Shown: positions 1-9,936, counted from the stretch's first letter. The stretch is DNA of 33,567 nt from Alphaproteobacteria bacterium (GCA_965261975.1 CBDHEC010000048.1:1-33567), one strand, 5' to 3'. The notes: generated by a model not told the origin, from the sequence alone. Translations and numbers: made by a program.

Positions 1-189
1 AAGATCGCCTGCAACCGCCGCTCGGCCGTGGTCGTAGAGTTCCATAACGACCGCGTTGAGTGCCGGATTACGGGCGTCACAACGCGCAATGGCAGCTTCC
101 ATAACCTCGGCCGCGGTTGTCTCGCCGTCCCGAATCAGGCCCGCCAAACCTACTGCGTCATGGTCTTCATACTCATCAAACGCCGTCAC
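1..189 (-). CDS. Amidase (amidase signature family), N-terminal part; gene runs off the window start
   Basis: Manual translation from GTG at 189: MTAFDEYEDHDAVGLAGLIRDGETTAAEVMEAAIARCDARNPALNAVV..., a typical amidase N-terminus. AGGAG RBS upstream. Not in the ORF track. Confidence 0.85.
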   Translation of the reverse strand, partial: MTAFDEYEDHDAVGLAGLIRDGETTAAEVMEAAIARCDARNPALNAVVMELYDHGRAAVAGDL

Positions 190-302
190 CGTACTCTCCT
201 GCTTTACAGATATCGAAACCGCCTAACGAACCTGATGAGTTGATCGACGCGTCCGATATGTCCAATGTCACGCCAACACATGGTCCACTGAAACGGCACA
301 CG

Positions 303-1205
303 ATGTCACGTCCCAACATGTTGCTCGGTACCGCACTGGCGGGCGCCGCCGGAATTGGATTCGCAACGAATTCCACCGCTGCGAAGGTGGCCTATGAAGG
401 TGGAACGAACCCGCTGACCTTCCTGGTCCTACGCTCGACGCTTGCGGCCATCCTTGTCCTGATCATCATCTTGGCCAACCGGCGAAGTCTGCAAATGCCA
501 ATTCGCCGTCGAATGGCGGCCTTCGCAATCGGCGGCCTGCTCGCGGTCTACTCCTACGGCACGCTGGCATCGATCCAGTATATCCCCGTCGCCCTCGCCA
601 TCCTTATTCTCTACACCTTCCCGCTGCTCACCAGCATCTACACCTGGGTGAGCGGCCAGGAGCGACCGACATTCCTGTCCGTCGGCGCATTGCTCGTGGC
701 ATTCTTCGGGCTCGTCCTGGCGCTGGACGTTCAGGGTGCCGCGGCACTTGACCTCCGGGGCGTCGGCCTCGCCGCGATGGCCGCGCTGGGCCTCACCACC
801 GTGATCATCCTTAACAACCGGCTGGTGGGCGACGGGGATTCCCAGCCAATCACATTCCACATGATGTTGTCCGCCTCCATCATATTCGCCGTCGTCACCT
901 GGATCGCCGGCGACTACGCCCTGCCCGAGACACTGGCGGGATGGACCGGTTTCCTCATCGGGCCCAGCGCCTACGCCTTCGCCATCGTCACCGTCTTTGT
1001 CGCGATCTCTCTTGCCGGACCTGCCCCGGCTGCGATGTCGATGAACGTGGAACCGGTGGCGAGCCTGACGCTCGGGTTTCTGATTCTCGGCCAGGCGTTG
1101 AGCGGCCTGCAGATTCTCGGCGCCGGCCTGGTCATCGCCGCCGTAGTGTCCCTGCGCTTGACCGACATACGCATCCCCAGCGCCAATATGGAGAGAAAAC
1201 CATGA
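303..1205 (+). CDS. DMT/EamA family transporter
   Basis: About 10 hydrophobic helices in two EamA-like halves (FLVLRSTLA, YTFPLLT, NVEPVASLTLGFLILGQ). Start could be 258. Confidence 0.85.
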   Translation: MSRPNMLLGTALAGAAGIGFATNSTAAKVAYEGGTNPLTFLVLRSTLAAILVLIIILANRRSLQMPIRRRMAAFAIGGLLAVYSYGTLASIQYIPVALAILILYTFPLLTSIYTWVSGQERPTFLSVGALLVAFFGLVLALDVQGAAALDLRGVGLAAMAALGLTTVIILNNRLVGDGDSQPITFHMMLSASIIFAVVTWIAGDYALPETLAGWTGFLIGPSAYAFAIVTVFVAISLAGPAPAAMSMNVEPVASLTLGFLILGQALSGLQILGAGLVIAAVVSLRLTDIRIPSANMERKP

Positions 1206-1687
1206 CCGACCTGCTCGAACACACCAGCGCCATCGCCGAATTGTTGAAGGCACGCGGCGAGACCGTCGCCGTCGCCGAGACATCCGCGGGCGGCCTGGTC
1301 TCAGCCCAGCTCCTCGCGGTACCTGGCGCGTCCGCCTATTTCCTGGGTGGCGGCGTGCTCTACACCGGCGAGTCCCGCCTGGGATTGGCTGGTATTACCG
1401 ACGAGGACATGGCCGGCATTCGCTCGAGCAGCGAGCCGTTCGCACAGCTTTTGGCAGAGACGTTACGGGTGCGCCTCGGTGCAACATGGGGGCTCGCAGA
1501 GACGGGCGCGGCGGGGCCCACAGGCAACCGTTATGGTGATGATGCAGGGCATACTTGCGTCGCCGTCTCCGGGCCTGTGTCCAAAGTCGCGACGCTTGAA
1601 ACAGGAAATGGCGACCGAAGCGCCAATATGTGGCGGTTTTCTGCGGAAGCGCTGGCTTTGTTCATGCTATGTCTGAGTGAATCTTAA
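1202..1687 (+). CDS. CinA C-terminal domain protein (PncC/NMN deamidase-like)
   Basis: LLKARGETVAVAETSAGGLVS..LLAVPGASAYFLGGGVLY and ETGAAGPTG motifs. ATGA overlap with the upstream gene. Confidence 0.85.
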   Translation: MTDLLEHTSAIAELLKARGETVAVAETSAGGLVSAQLLAVPGASAYFLGGGVLYTGESRLGLAGITDEDMAGIRSSSEPFAQLLAETLRVRLGATWGLAETGAAGPTGNRYGDDAGHTCVAVSGPVSKVATLETGNGDRSANMWRFSAEALALFMLCLSES

Positions 1688-1843
1688 TCTGCATATCTTG
1701 GTACCTAACGGGTTGGATTAATTTTCTACTTTGGTAAAATCGCCGCGAACGGGCAAAATCGGTCGGGGGAGTATGTGAGCGGGGGCCGTGTAAAGGCGTT
1801 CCCTAACATCGACCGGAATTAATTTCACAAGGGGATCCTTAGG

Positions 1844-2692
1844 ATGACCAAAAAGGCATTACTCGCTGCCGCGGCAATGATCGCACTGACAGCGTGTGCG
1901 GGGCAGGAACTGGGCAAGGCGCAGAAGACTGCGGCTGACAGTACAGAATTCGACAACGCGCTGGCTGCAGGCTATCTGCGACTGGCTCAGGCTGAATACG
2001 AGGAAGGCGACTACACGGACTCGGACTACTTCGCACTCCAGTCCATGGCAGCCGCAAACCCCCAGAAGGTCGTTGACCTTCCGGAGGCCAATGCACGCAA
2101 CCTTCCGAAGGCCGACGCGATCTATGTCGCCACGGCTCGCCAGGAGCTTGCCGAAGTTCTGGAGGCCGGTGCCCGCGTGAAGGCGCCGCAGCTCGCCGCG
2201 ACCGCCCAGGTGGCATACGAGTGCTGGACCCAGGAACTCGAAGAGAACAACCAGCCGCCGCACATCGAGGCATGTCGCGACCAGCTCGACGGGCTGATCC
2301 CGGCACTGCGCAATGCAGTCGCCGACCCCGCGCCGGCGAAGAAGGCCAAGCCGCCGAAAGGCAAGACCTTCGTCGTGTTGTTCCCGACGGGTGGTGCCAA
2401 GCTTGATGCGGCCGCAAACGCGGTTCTGACCGACGCGGTCAAATACTCGAACAACTTCAGCCCGGTTCAGGTTGTCGTCAGCGGCTACACCGACACGGTC
2501 GGCAGCGCAGCCAGCAACGATGCGCTGTCCAAGCGCCGCGCTGCAGTGGTCGCAGCCGCACTTCGTATCCGCGGCATCTCGCGCGATAACATGAAGATGG
2601 ACGGCTATGGCGAAGAGTTCCTCGCCAAGCGCACCGCGGACGGTGTTGCCGAAGCCAAAAACCGTCGCGTTGAGGTTTCTGTCGCTCCGTAA
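1844..2692 (+). CDS. OmpA-family lipoprotein
   Basis: Signal peptide with LTAC lipobox. C-terminal OmpA domain (GYTDTVGS...N..LSKRRA..V, KNRRVEV). Confidence 0.9.
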   Translation: MTKKALLAAAAMIALTACAGQELGKAQKTAADSTEFDNALAAGYLRLAQAEYEEGDYTDSDYFALQSMAAANPQKVVDLPEANARNLPKADAIYVATARQELAEVLEAGARVKAPQLAATAQVAYECWTQELEENNQPPHIEACRDQLDGLIPALRNAVADPAPAKKAKPPKGKTFVVLFPTGGAKLDAAANAVLTDAVKYSNNFSPVQVVVSGYTDTVGSAASNDALSKRRAAVVAAALRIRGISRDNMKMDGYGEEFLAKRTADGVAEAKNRRVEVSVAP

Positions 2693-2710
2693 GCGACATT
2701 GATACCGAAC

Positions 2711-2750
2711 AAGAAAAGGGCGTCGGCACCAGCCGGCGCCCTTTTTCTTT
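2711..2750 (+). terminator. Rho-independent terminator, probably bidirectional
   Basis: AAGAAAAGGGCGTCGGC-ACCA-GCCGGCGCCCTTTTTCTTT hairpin with a T tract, just after the OmpA gene. Confidence 0.85.
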
Positions 2751-2797
2751 CCTGATGACAGAGGCTGGTGCGACGCGATGGCACGAATGACGGCACC

Positions 2798-4018
2798 ATG
2801 ATCGCTGCCACTCCCCGGGCGCCATCCATGCCGCTCCTGTTCGCGATGATGTTCGCGAGCCAGCTTGCCACCACCATCTTCCTGCCGGGCCTGCCCGGCA
2901 TCGCCGAGGATTTGAAGGCGACCCTTTCGGCCGCGCAGATGCTCCTGCCGGCCTATCTGGGTGCATTCGCGATTGCCCAGCTTGCCGTTGGCCCGCTATC
3001 CGATGCCTTCGGGCGTCGGCGCGTGATCATCGGCGGGCTTGGATTGTTTAGTCTGGCGAGCCTCATCGCAGCATTGGCACCCAACATCGAAATGCTGCTC
3101 GCCGCGCGTGCCCTGCAAGCCACCGGCGCCTGCGCGACCATGGTCGTGGCCCGCGCCATCATCCGCGACACCGCCCAGGGGGCGGCGGCGGCGCGCGCGA
3201 TGAGCGCCCTCGCCATCGCCATGGCCGTCGGTCCGTCCGCCGCGCCATTCATAGGCGGACAGCTCGTGACCTGGTTCGACTGGCGCGCCACGTTCTACTT
3301 CACCGCATTGATCGGCTCGATAACGACGTTCGCCGTGCTTCACTACCTTCAGGAAACACTTCCCGGCGACCAGCGCCGCGCAGCGCGTTTCGGTGAGCAG
3401 GTGGTGACCTATTTCAGGTTGCTCGGTAATCCTGTTTTCGTCGGCTACAGCCTGACTGTCGCGTTCGCGAGTGGTGCCATGCAGGCATTTCTGGCCGCAT
3501 CGCCGCTCATACTGATCGTACAGATGGGTATGACGCCGGCCTTATACGGTTTCTGCGTCATGCTAATGCCGATCATCTACATGGTCGGCAGCTATCTCGC
3601 CGGGCGACTAACCCATTGGATGCCGATCGACAGCATCGTCCTGATTGGCACGTTCGCGAGCGCCGGGGGCGGGCTCCTTCAGCTCGGATTTGGGATCGGC
3701 CTTGGATCATTCGAGCTCTCTCCGCTGCACGTCCTCGGCGCATTCGCCATTTCCAACATGGGGACCGGCCTCGTGCTTGCCTGTTGCTATTCACAGGCGC
3801 TCGATACGGTCTCGCCATCCTATGCGGGGGCGGCCTCGGCGCTGAGCGGCTTCATCCATATGGGCTGGGCTTTCGTGATCACGTTGACCGTGGCGAGCGT
3901 TGCGCATGAGACATCCCTGCCCTTCGGGATCGCGCAAATGACGACGACCGGGCTCAGCCTGGCGGCGGCGCTACTTCTCATCATCGTTTACAAGCGTCGC
4001 ACTCACGCCGGCGCGTAG
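2798..4018 (+). CDS. MFS drug:H+ antiporter, Bcr/CflA family
   Basis: 12-TM pattern, MFS motif A (GPLSDAFGRRRV), IFLPGLP and APFIGGQL...WRATF motifs. Start uncertain (2768/2798/2828). Confidence 0.85.
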   Translation: MIAATPRAPSMPLLFAMMFASQLATTIFLPGLPGIAEDLKATLSAAQMLLPAYLGAFAIAQLAVGPLSDAFGRRRVIIGGLGLFSLASLIAALAPNIEMLLAARALQATGACATMVVARAIIRDTAQGAAAARAMSALAIAMAVGPSAAPFIGGQLVTWFDWRATFYFTALIGSITTFAVLHYLQETLPGDQRRAARFGEQVVTYFRLLGNPVFVGYSLTVAFASGAMQAFLAASPLILIVQMGMTPALYGFCVMLMPIIYMVGSYLAGRLTHWMPIDSIVLIGTFASAGGGLLQLGFGIGLGSFELSPLHVLGAFAISNMGTGLVLACCYSQALDTVSPSYAGAASALSGFIHMGWAFVITLTVASVAHETSLPFGIAQMTTTGLSLAAALLLIIVYKRRTHAGA

Positions 4019-4425
4019 AAGGTGCCTTCAACTTCGAAGATATCGTCTTGGTTCAAGGCCGACACTTCCAGGATCGTGCGCGGTGGATAGGGCCCGCCGG
4101 ACCACATCTCTTCCTGGACCTTGTTCACGATCGGCCGGTAGCGATCCATATCGGTGACGTAGACGGTCAGCCGAACGGCATCACCCAATCCCGCACCTTC
4201 CGAGGCCGCGATATGCGCCATGTTCACGAAAGCCTGGCGAATGCGATTCTCATCGCCGTCGACCAATGCGTTGGTGGCGGGATCGATGCCGCGCATGCCG
4301 GCAACAAATACATAGTCACCCGCACGGGTCGCCAGGGACCAGGTACCCGTCGGCTCGATAGCGCCCTCGGGGGACAGAATACGCAATTCGGATTTTTGTT
4401 CGCTCACGAAACCGGTTCCGCTCAT
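4003..4425 (-). CDS. RidA/YjgF/UK114 family protein
   Basis: WSLATRAGDYVFVAG, QAFVNM, VYVTDM, YPPRT, FEVEG motifs. Start may be the GTG at 4407. Confidence 0.85.
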   Translation of the reverse strand: MSGTGFVSEQKSELRILSPEGAIEPTGTWSLATRAGDYVFVAGMRGIDPATNALVDGDENRIRQAFVNMAHIAASEGAGLGDAVRLTVYVTDMDRYRPIVNKVQEEMWSGGPYPPRTILEVSALNQDDIFEVEGTFYAPA

Positions 4426-4487
4426 CAATGTGTCGATGGGGACCATTCTAAGGTGGCGGATGGCATGGCCGCCAGCGCGAAGGCGAA

Positions 4488-4877
4488 CTAGTCCGCGTCG
4501 GCACCAACACTCGCATTCGACCGGGCGTTGCGCACGAGCACCCGCACGATGGCACGGATGAACGGGTCTGCCTGCTGGATCTTCGATTCGAATACGTCGA
4601 CGGGGATTACGCGCAGGACGGTGGGTTCGGTGCACACGGCGCTGCCCATGCGAGGAAGATCGTCCACGAGCGCCATCTCGCCGAAGACCGTGCCAGGAGT
4701 CAGGGTGCCGAGGATCAGGCCATCCGGCTTTCCGTCAACGGATTTACGAATCTCCACGGCGCCGGATTCAACGATGTAGGCCTCCGCGCCGAGGTCGCCC
4801 TCGTGAAACACGGCACCGCCGGCTTCAAAGATCCGTGTCCCGTACTTCCAGTCTGTCTTCGGTCTCTGGATGTTCAT
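4488..4877 (-). CDS. Stand-alone cyclic nucleotide-binding domain protein
   Basis: VFHEGDLG..AYIVESGAVEI and FGEMALVDDLPRMGSA (cNMP phosphate-binding cassette). No HTH seen. Confidence 0.85.
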   Translation of the reverse strand: MNIQRPKTDWKYGTRIFEAGGAVFHEGDLGAEAYIVESGAVEIRKSVDGKPDGLILGTLTPGTVFGEMALVDDLPRMGSAVCTEPTVLRVIPVDVFESKIQQADPFIRAIVRVLVRNARSNASVGADAD

Positions 4878-4970
4878 GGCATATCCGTTCCCGGCCCGAA
4901 AATACGGGCCGTTACAGATCATCGCGTACAGGGGTGAACAATCCGTTGATCGCCTGCTACGTGGGTTTCC

Positions 4971-5954
4971 CTAGAGACCGAACACCCGGACCGCGTTGTC
5001 GCCCCGGATCGCAGCGACTTCGCTCGCCGGGCGCCCGTCGACCAGTTCATACAGCTTGGTCATGTCCGCCGGCATTGGCAGGTCGGTGCCGAACATGACC
5101 TTTTCCGGCCCCGCGATGTCGATCACCAGCTGAAGCGCCGCCGGGTCGTAGACGATCGCGTCATAGTAAATCTGGCTGAAATAGTCGCTCGGCAGCTTGG
5201 GTATATCGAACTTCGCCAGCGTCTCGACACCGAAGAACATGTCCACCCGCCCGTTGACGAACGGGATGTAGCCGCCGCCATGGCTGGCGATGAGCTTGAT
5301 GTCCGAATAACGCTCGAAGAAGCCGTCGATGGCCATGCGCGCGAGGGCGATGGTGGTGTCGTACATGAAACCCGCCGCCGGCATCAGGATACGCTCATGG
5401 CCGTAGTTGACGTCCTTGGCCCCCAGGGGCGCTGTCGGATGGACGAGCACCGGGAAGGCGCGCTTGTCCAGCGCCTCCCAGACCGGCGCGAACAGCGGAT
5501 CGATCAGGTGCCGCTGGCCGATATGGGCCACGCACATGACCCCCACCGCACCGAGTTCGATGCAACGTTCGAGCTCGGCCAGCGCCGCATCGGGATATTC
5601 CCACGGCAGGGAGGCGAACCAGCGGATACGGTCCGGATAGGCCGCCTGCCCGGCGGCCATCTCGTCGTTGGCGATCCGCGCGGTCGCGACGCTGACGGCT
5701 TCGTCGCCGAAATGCACGTTGGGCGATGTCAGGGAGACGATGGAGATGTCGATGCCCAGCCGGTCCATCATCTCGACCCGTGCGTCATAGTCGAAGGCCT
5801 CGACCTCGAGCGCGCAGGCCGGCGTGCCGTACTCGACCAGATAGTTGCGCCGATCTTCCATATCCGCAATCTTGTATGCGGGCGCGCCATGCTTCTTGAT
5901 CATGTCGAGCCAGCCATCGCCGAACATGTGGGTGTGGATATCGATGGTGGGCAT
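4971..5954 (-). CDS. Amidohydrolase_2 family protein (ACMSD/LigW-like decarboxylase or hydrolase)
   Basis: IDIHTH, VLVHP, SHGGGYIP, YYD, VMFGTD motifs. Confidence 0.88.
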   Translation of the reverse strand: MPTIDIHTHMFGDGWLDMIKKHGAPAYKIADMEDRRNYLVEYGTPACALEVEAFDYDARVEMMDRLGIDISIVSLTSPNVHFGDEAVSVATARIANDEMAAGQAAYPDRIRWFASLPWEYPDAALAELERCIELGAVGVMCVAHIGQRHLIDPLFAPVWEALDKRAFPVLVHPTAPLGAKDVNYGHERILMPAAGFMYDTTIALARMAIDGFFERYSDIKLIASHGGGYIPFVNGRVDMFFGVETLAKFDIPKLPSDYFSQIYYDAIVYDPAALQLVIDIAGPEKVMFGTDLPMPADMTKLYELVDGRPASEVAAIRGDNAVRVFGL

Positions 5955-6148
5955 TGCGAGGTTACTCCGGTTTGACGGGATGAGACGCCAGACTAGTCAA
6001 TTTTTCGCCCGGAGGGGACCGTCCGGCGCGAAATACGGAATTTTCATAGAGGCGTGTTCCGTGGACGGATAGACTATCGCACTTGAACCGGGCCCGGCCT
6101 GCCGGCCGGCAAGTATTACGGCAACTGACAAGCATGTGGGAGCAAGCG

Positions 6149-6832
6149 ATGACGAGGGTGCCCAACATCAATCCGGAGAATGCGCCGGACGAGCTCAAGC
6201 ATTTCTACGACGCGGTCACGGGTCTCGTCGGCCGGGTGCCGAATGCTTACCGCACCATGGCCCACGCGCCCTATCTGGCGATGCTGTACCTGCCGTTCCA
6301 GGCCGCCAACCAACGCGAATGGCCGGGCGTGCACCTGTCGTCAAAGCTCAAGGAAATGGTGATCATCAAGACCAGCCATATCAATGGCTGCGAATATTGC
6401 TACGCCCACAACACCGCACTCGGCGAGGCCGCGGGCATCTCCCACGACCAGGTGATCGCCATCTCGTCCGACGATTACCTGACGTCGGACCTGTTCGACG
6501 AACGCGAGCGCGCGGCCATCGAATGGGCCGAGCATATGACCAAGAACACGGCCGCATCCCGCGACGACGTCTTCGAACGTGTCGAGGCACAGTTCGACTC
6601 TGCCGAAATCATCGAACTGACGCTGATCTGCGCGATGTTCAACATGATCAACCGCTTCAACGATTCCCTGAAGCTGCCCATCGAGGTGCAGCCCGAAGTC
6701 GACAAGATCCGTGGATCCGTGCGCATCGACCCGAACAACATCAAGGCCTATCTGCGCTGGCTTGCCGACAACTGGCCCGACGATTTCGACGATCTGAACG
6801 AACGCGCGCGTGCGGCGGCTGACGCGGACTGA
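6149..6832 (+). CDS. AhpD/carboxymuconolactone decarboxylase-like protein (CxxC form)
   Basis: KEMVIIKTSHINGCEYCYAHN motif and FDSAEIIELT...FNMINRFND. GGGAG RBS before ATG 6149. Confidence 0.9.
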   Translation: MTRVPNINPENAPDELKHFYDAVTGLVGRVPNAYRTMAHAPYLAMLYLPFQAANQREWPGVHLSSKLKEMVIIKTSHINGCEYCYAHNTALGEAAGISHDQVIAISSDDYLTSDLFDERERAAIEWAEHMTKNTAASRDDVFERVEAQFDSAEIIELTLICAMFNMINRFNDSLKLPIEVQPEVDKIRGSVRIDPNNIKAYLRWLADNWPDDFDDLNERARAAADAD

Positions 6833-6837
6833 TCGGG

Positions 6838-8010
6838 CTACACCACCTGTCCACACGCGTGGCCCGAGGCCCAGGCCCATTGAAAGTTGAAACCGCCCAG
6901 ATGGCCGGTAACGTCGACGGCCTCGCCGACAAAATACAGGCCGGGAACCGCTGAAACCTCCATGGTCTTCGACGAGAGCGCGTTCGTGTCGACGCCGCCG
7001 ACGGTGACCTCCGCCGTGCGGTTGCCCTCCGATCCGTTGGGCGTGACAACCCAGGCGTTGACCTGTTCGGCCAGCCGGCGCAGCGCTTTGTCGGAGGCTT
7101 CGGCCAGCCGGCCGGCACAGTCGGCCCACGCGACCAACTTCTGGGCCAGGCGTTTGGGCATTAACTGCGCCAGCACTGTCTGGACTTCCAGTTTCGACTG
7201 GGTCTCCTTGGCGTCTTTCAGGTACCGGAACAAATCCGTCCCCGGCAGTAGATCGATCGTGATCGTGTCGCCGGCGCGCCAATAGGACGATATCTGCAGG
7301 ATCACCGGGCCGCTCAGCCCTCGATGGGTGAACAACAACGCCTCGGTGAATCGAATCTTCCCCAGCGTGACCGTGGCGTCCAGGGATACCCCGGCGAGCC
7401 CATCCATCTGCGCCAGGAAAGCCGGATCGAAGGTCAGGGGCACCAAACCGGGCCGCGGTTCGATTACGTTTAGGCCGAACTGCCGGGCGACGTCATAGGC
7501 GAAACGGCTCGCCCCCATTTTGGGTATCGACGGGCCACCGGTCGCGATGACCACGGCGTCCCCGACATAGGCGCCATGATCGGTCTCGACGGTAAAACCC
7601 TGTTCGTCTTTCGCGACACCGCAGATATTTACCCCGGTTTGCATGGTCACCCCCTTCGCCTCGGCAACGAGCATATCGATGATCTGCTGGGCCGACCCGT
7701 CGCAGAACAGCTGGCCGTGGTCGCGCTCGTGATAGGCGATGCCATGACGTTCCACCAACCGGATGAAATCATGCTGCGTGTAGCGGGCCATGGCGGAGAC
7801 GCAAAACCGCGGATTGTCCGAAAGATAGTTTTCAGGGGTCGCGTACAGATTGGTGAAATTGGCACGCCCCCCGCCGGAGATACGGATTTTCTGTGCAACC
7901 TTCGACGCGCCTTCCAGCACCAGCACCCGCCGCCCGCGCCGGTTCGCTTCCGCCGCACACATGAGGCCCGCCGCCCCGGCACCGATAATAATGACGTGGA
8001 ATCTGTGCAT
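6838..8010 (-). CDS. NAD(P)/FAD-dependent oxidoreductase, HI0933/YhiN(BaiN) family
   Basis: IIGAGAAG, KIRISGGGR.NFTN, LFTHRGLSGP, AEVTVGGV, GEAVDVTGHLGGFNFQWAWASG. Confidence 0.92.
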   Translation of the reverse strand: MHRFHVIIIGAGAAGLMCAAEANRRGRRVLVLEGASKVAQKIRISGGGRANFTNLYATPENYLSDNPRFCVSAMARYTQHDFIRLVERHGIAYHERDHGQLFCDGSAQQIIDMLVAEAKGVTMQTGVNICGVAKDEQGFTVETDHGAYVGDAVVIATGGPSIPKMGASRFAYDVARQFGLNVIEPRPGLVPLTFDPAFLAQMDGLAGVSLDATVTLGKIRFTEALLFTHRGLSGPVILQISSYWRAGDTITIDLLPGTDLFRYLKDAKETQSKLEVQTVLAQLMPKRLAQKLVAWADCAGRLAEASDKALRRLAEQVNAWVVTPNGSEGNRTAEVTVGGVDTNALSSKTMEVSAVPGLYFVGEAVDVTGHLGGFNFQWAWASGHACGQVV

Positions 8011-8198
8011 GAACTGATCGGGGCCGGAAGATTGCGGAAGTCGTCCCCTAACGTAACCATTCGCGCCGATTCACGGGTGGATGCAGCCGACCCATGCGAT
8101 GCTTGGCCACATGGCGCTTACCCGGTGCAAAACATAGGGTCGGACAGGATCGGTCGACCCTTGGAACATCGGCTCACCGTCAGCGGAATGGAACGCGC

Positions 8199-9140
8199 AT
8201 GATCCTGGTACTCACGGTTACGATACCAATCTTCGTCGTGATCCTGGCCGGTTACGTTGCCGCCAAGCGCGCAATCATGGGCAAGGAGAGCATCAAGGCC
8301 TTCACGTCCTTCGTCTTCTATTTCTGCCTCCCGCTGCTGTTGTTCCGCAACCTGGCCGACGCCCCGGTGGCCGAGCAATTGCGCGGAGACTACGTGCTGG
8401 CATATCTGCTGGGCGGGCTCACGTCTTTCGCCGTGGGCTATGCGGTCGCCAGGTGGGTCTTCAACTGCACCGTCGCCGAGCGGGCCGTCCAGGGGTTGGG
8501 GGTTTCGTTCGGTCACACCGTGTTCATGACCATTCCCATCGGCTTGGCCCTGTATGGCGAAGCCTCGGTCCTGCCCATCGCGCTCCTGATCACGGTCGAG
8601 ATGGCCGTCATCGTGCCCCTGGCCATCGTGCTGCTGGAAATCGACAGCGGTGAACGGGGCGGCCTCCTCGCCGTTTCCGGGACCGCATTCCGGGCGATCT
8701 TCTTCAACCCGATCGTCCCCTCGATCCTGCTCGGAATTGCCGCCGCCATGCTCGGGGTGGAGCTTCCCGCGATCCTGAACGGGTTGGTGAACCTGGTCCA
8801 GGGCGCGACGATCCCCTGCGCGCTGTTCGCGATCGGCGCATCGCTCGCCGGGCTTTCCTTCAGCGAACGCCTCGCGGAAACCGGCTTCACGGCGGCCGGC
8901 AAGCTGCTGCTCTACCCGTTTCTGGTCTTCGTTTTCATGTCGATGTTCCCCGACATACCGCCCGAGTGGCGCAACATCGCGATCATCGCCGCGGCCACCC
9001 CGCTGGGGGTCAGCGTCTACCTCGTGGCATCCACCTACGACACCTATGTCAACCAGTCCTCGGCGGCGAGCCTTGTCTCGATGATCTTCGCCGTGGTGAC
9101 CCTGTCCACCCTGGTGGCAATCTTCAGCCCGGCGGCGTGA
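8199..9140 (+). CDS. AEC (auxin efflux carrier/membrane transport) family transporter
   Basis: IPIFVVILAGY, FVFYFCLPLLLF, NPIVPSILLG, PCALFAIGASL, KLLLYP motifs. About 10 TMs. Confidence 0.88.
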   Translation: MILVLTVTIPIFVVILAGYVAAKRAIMGKESIKAFTSFVFYFCLPLLLFRNLADAPVAEQLRGDYVLAYLLGGLTSFAVGYAVARWVFNCTVAERAVQGLGVSFGHTVFMTIPIGLALYGEASVLPIALLITVEMAVIVPLAIVLLEIDSGERGGLLAVSGTAFRAIFFNPIVPSILLGIAAAMLGVELPAILNGLVNLVQGATIPCALFAIGASLAGLSFSERLAETGFTAAGKLLLYPFLVFVFMSMFPDIPPEWRNIAIIAAATPLGVSVYLVASTYDTYVNQSSAASLVSMIFAVVTLSTLVAIFSPAA

Positions 9141-9170
9141 CACGCCGCAGGCCGCTCACAACCGGTCCAT

Positions 9171-9578
9171 CTAGGGATGCATCTTCGCGCCCTTGGTGAT
9201 CTTGTCGACGATCTTCCGGTCCTCGCGCAGGGCCAGGCCGACGATGTTCAGATCCGATGCCGCGTACTGCGCGACCGCCTCGCGGTTCGCCGCATCATGG
9301 CCGGTGGCGAACATGTCCTCGATATACAGGGACATCCGCGCGTCCCGCGACAATCCGCGTTCGTGAATCTTCTTGAGGGTCGGCCCGTCGGCGCTTAGCA
9401 CGATCATGGGCTGGATGATGAGGGGCGCATAGGTGTTGCCGTCCGCGTCCGCGTAGTTCTCCCCCAGCAGCTCGGCATTCGCACCGAGCACGCCGCTGGT
9501 CAGGAACGCGGTCACGTTCAGCTTCTGCCAGGTCGCGAGATCGTCGCGCACGACGATCGCAATCTTGGTGTCGAACAT
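9171..9578 (-). CDS. DUF2000 family protein
   Basis: MFDTKIAIVVRDDLATWQKLNVTAFL...YADADG...VDKITKGAKMHP. GGAGGT RBS before ATG 9578. The longer ORF-track version overlaps the tRNA. Confidence 0.8.
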   Translation of the reverse strand: MFDTKIAIVVRDDLATWQKLNVTAFLTSGVLGANAELLGENYADADGNTYAPLIIQPMIVLSADGPTLKKIHERGLSRDARMSLYIEDMFATGHDAANREAVAQYAASDLNIVGLALREDRKIVDKITKGAKMHP

Positions 9579-9602
9579 ACGGACCTCCGGGAAAAGGGAA
9601 TG

Positions 9603-9689
9603 TGGTGCGGGCGGCCGGACTTGAACCGGCAAGGCCGTAAGGCCGAGGGATTTTAAGTCCCTTGTGTTTACCAATTTCACCACGCCCGC
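9603..9689 (-). tRNA. tRNA-Leu(TAA)
   Basis: Reverse complement GCGGGCGTGGTGAAATTGGTAAACACAAGGGACTTAAAATCCCTCGGCCTTACGGCCTTGCCGGTTCAAGTCCGGCCGCCCGCACCA: acceptor stem, D loop, anticodon loop CTTAAAA, long variable arm, GTTCAA T loop, encoded CCA. Confidence 0.97.
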
Positions 9690-9762
9690 ATCGCGTGACT
9701 GACTGGTCTATACTTGTAGCGAACGACACGCCGCGCAGACAAACATCAATAGGTGCCCCCGC

Positions 9763-9936
9763 ATGGATGGTTTCGATATCGCACGACTGATCGCGCTGTT
9801 AGGCGCGCTGATCATTCTGATCCCGACGATCATCTTCGTGCTGCGCGACCGGAAGGCCGCGGTGCAGAATGCCGTGATCTGGATCGCGCTCGGCGGGGTC
9901 GTCGTATTGCTGTGGACCGCCATCTGGCAGCCCTAG
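9763..9936 (+). CDS. Small two-TM membrane protein (57 aa), hypothetical
   Basis: Manual translation MDGFDIARLIALLGALIILIPTIIFVLRDRKAAVQNAVIWIALGGVVVLLWTAIWQP. High GC3 codons, AGGT upstream. Shorter than any ORF in the track. Confidence 0.7.
   Translation: MDGFDIARLIALLGALIILIPTIIFVLRDRKAAVQNAVIWIALGGVVVLLWTAIWQP

Noticed and set aside
28-243. 71-aa plus-strand ORF
   Set aside because: Shadow of the minus-strand amidase N-terminus, which has an RBS and family motifs.
6398-6434. Fossil SECIS after the Cys codon in the 6149 paralog (CCGC-A-CTC-GGC-GAG-GCC-GCGG)
   Set aside because: The hairpin is weak and can be explained by conserved L-G codons in GC-rich DNA. Not supportable without comparative data.
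9603-9689. tRNA-Leu as an integration site for an island
   Set aside because: No integrase nearby, and I saw no duplicate of the tRNA 3' end in the window.
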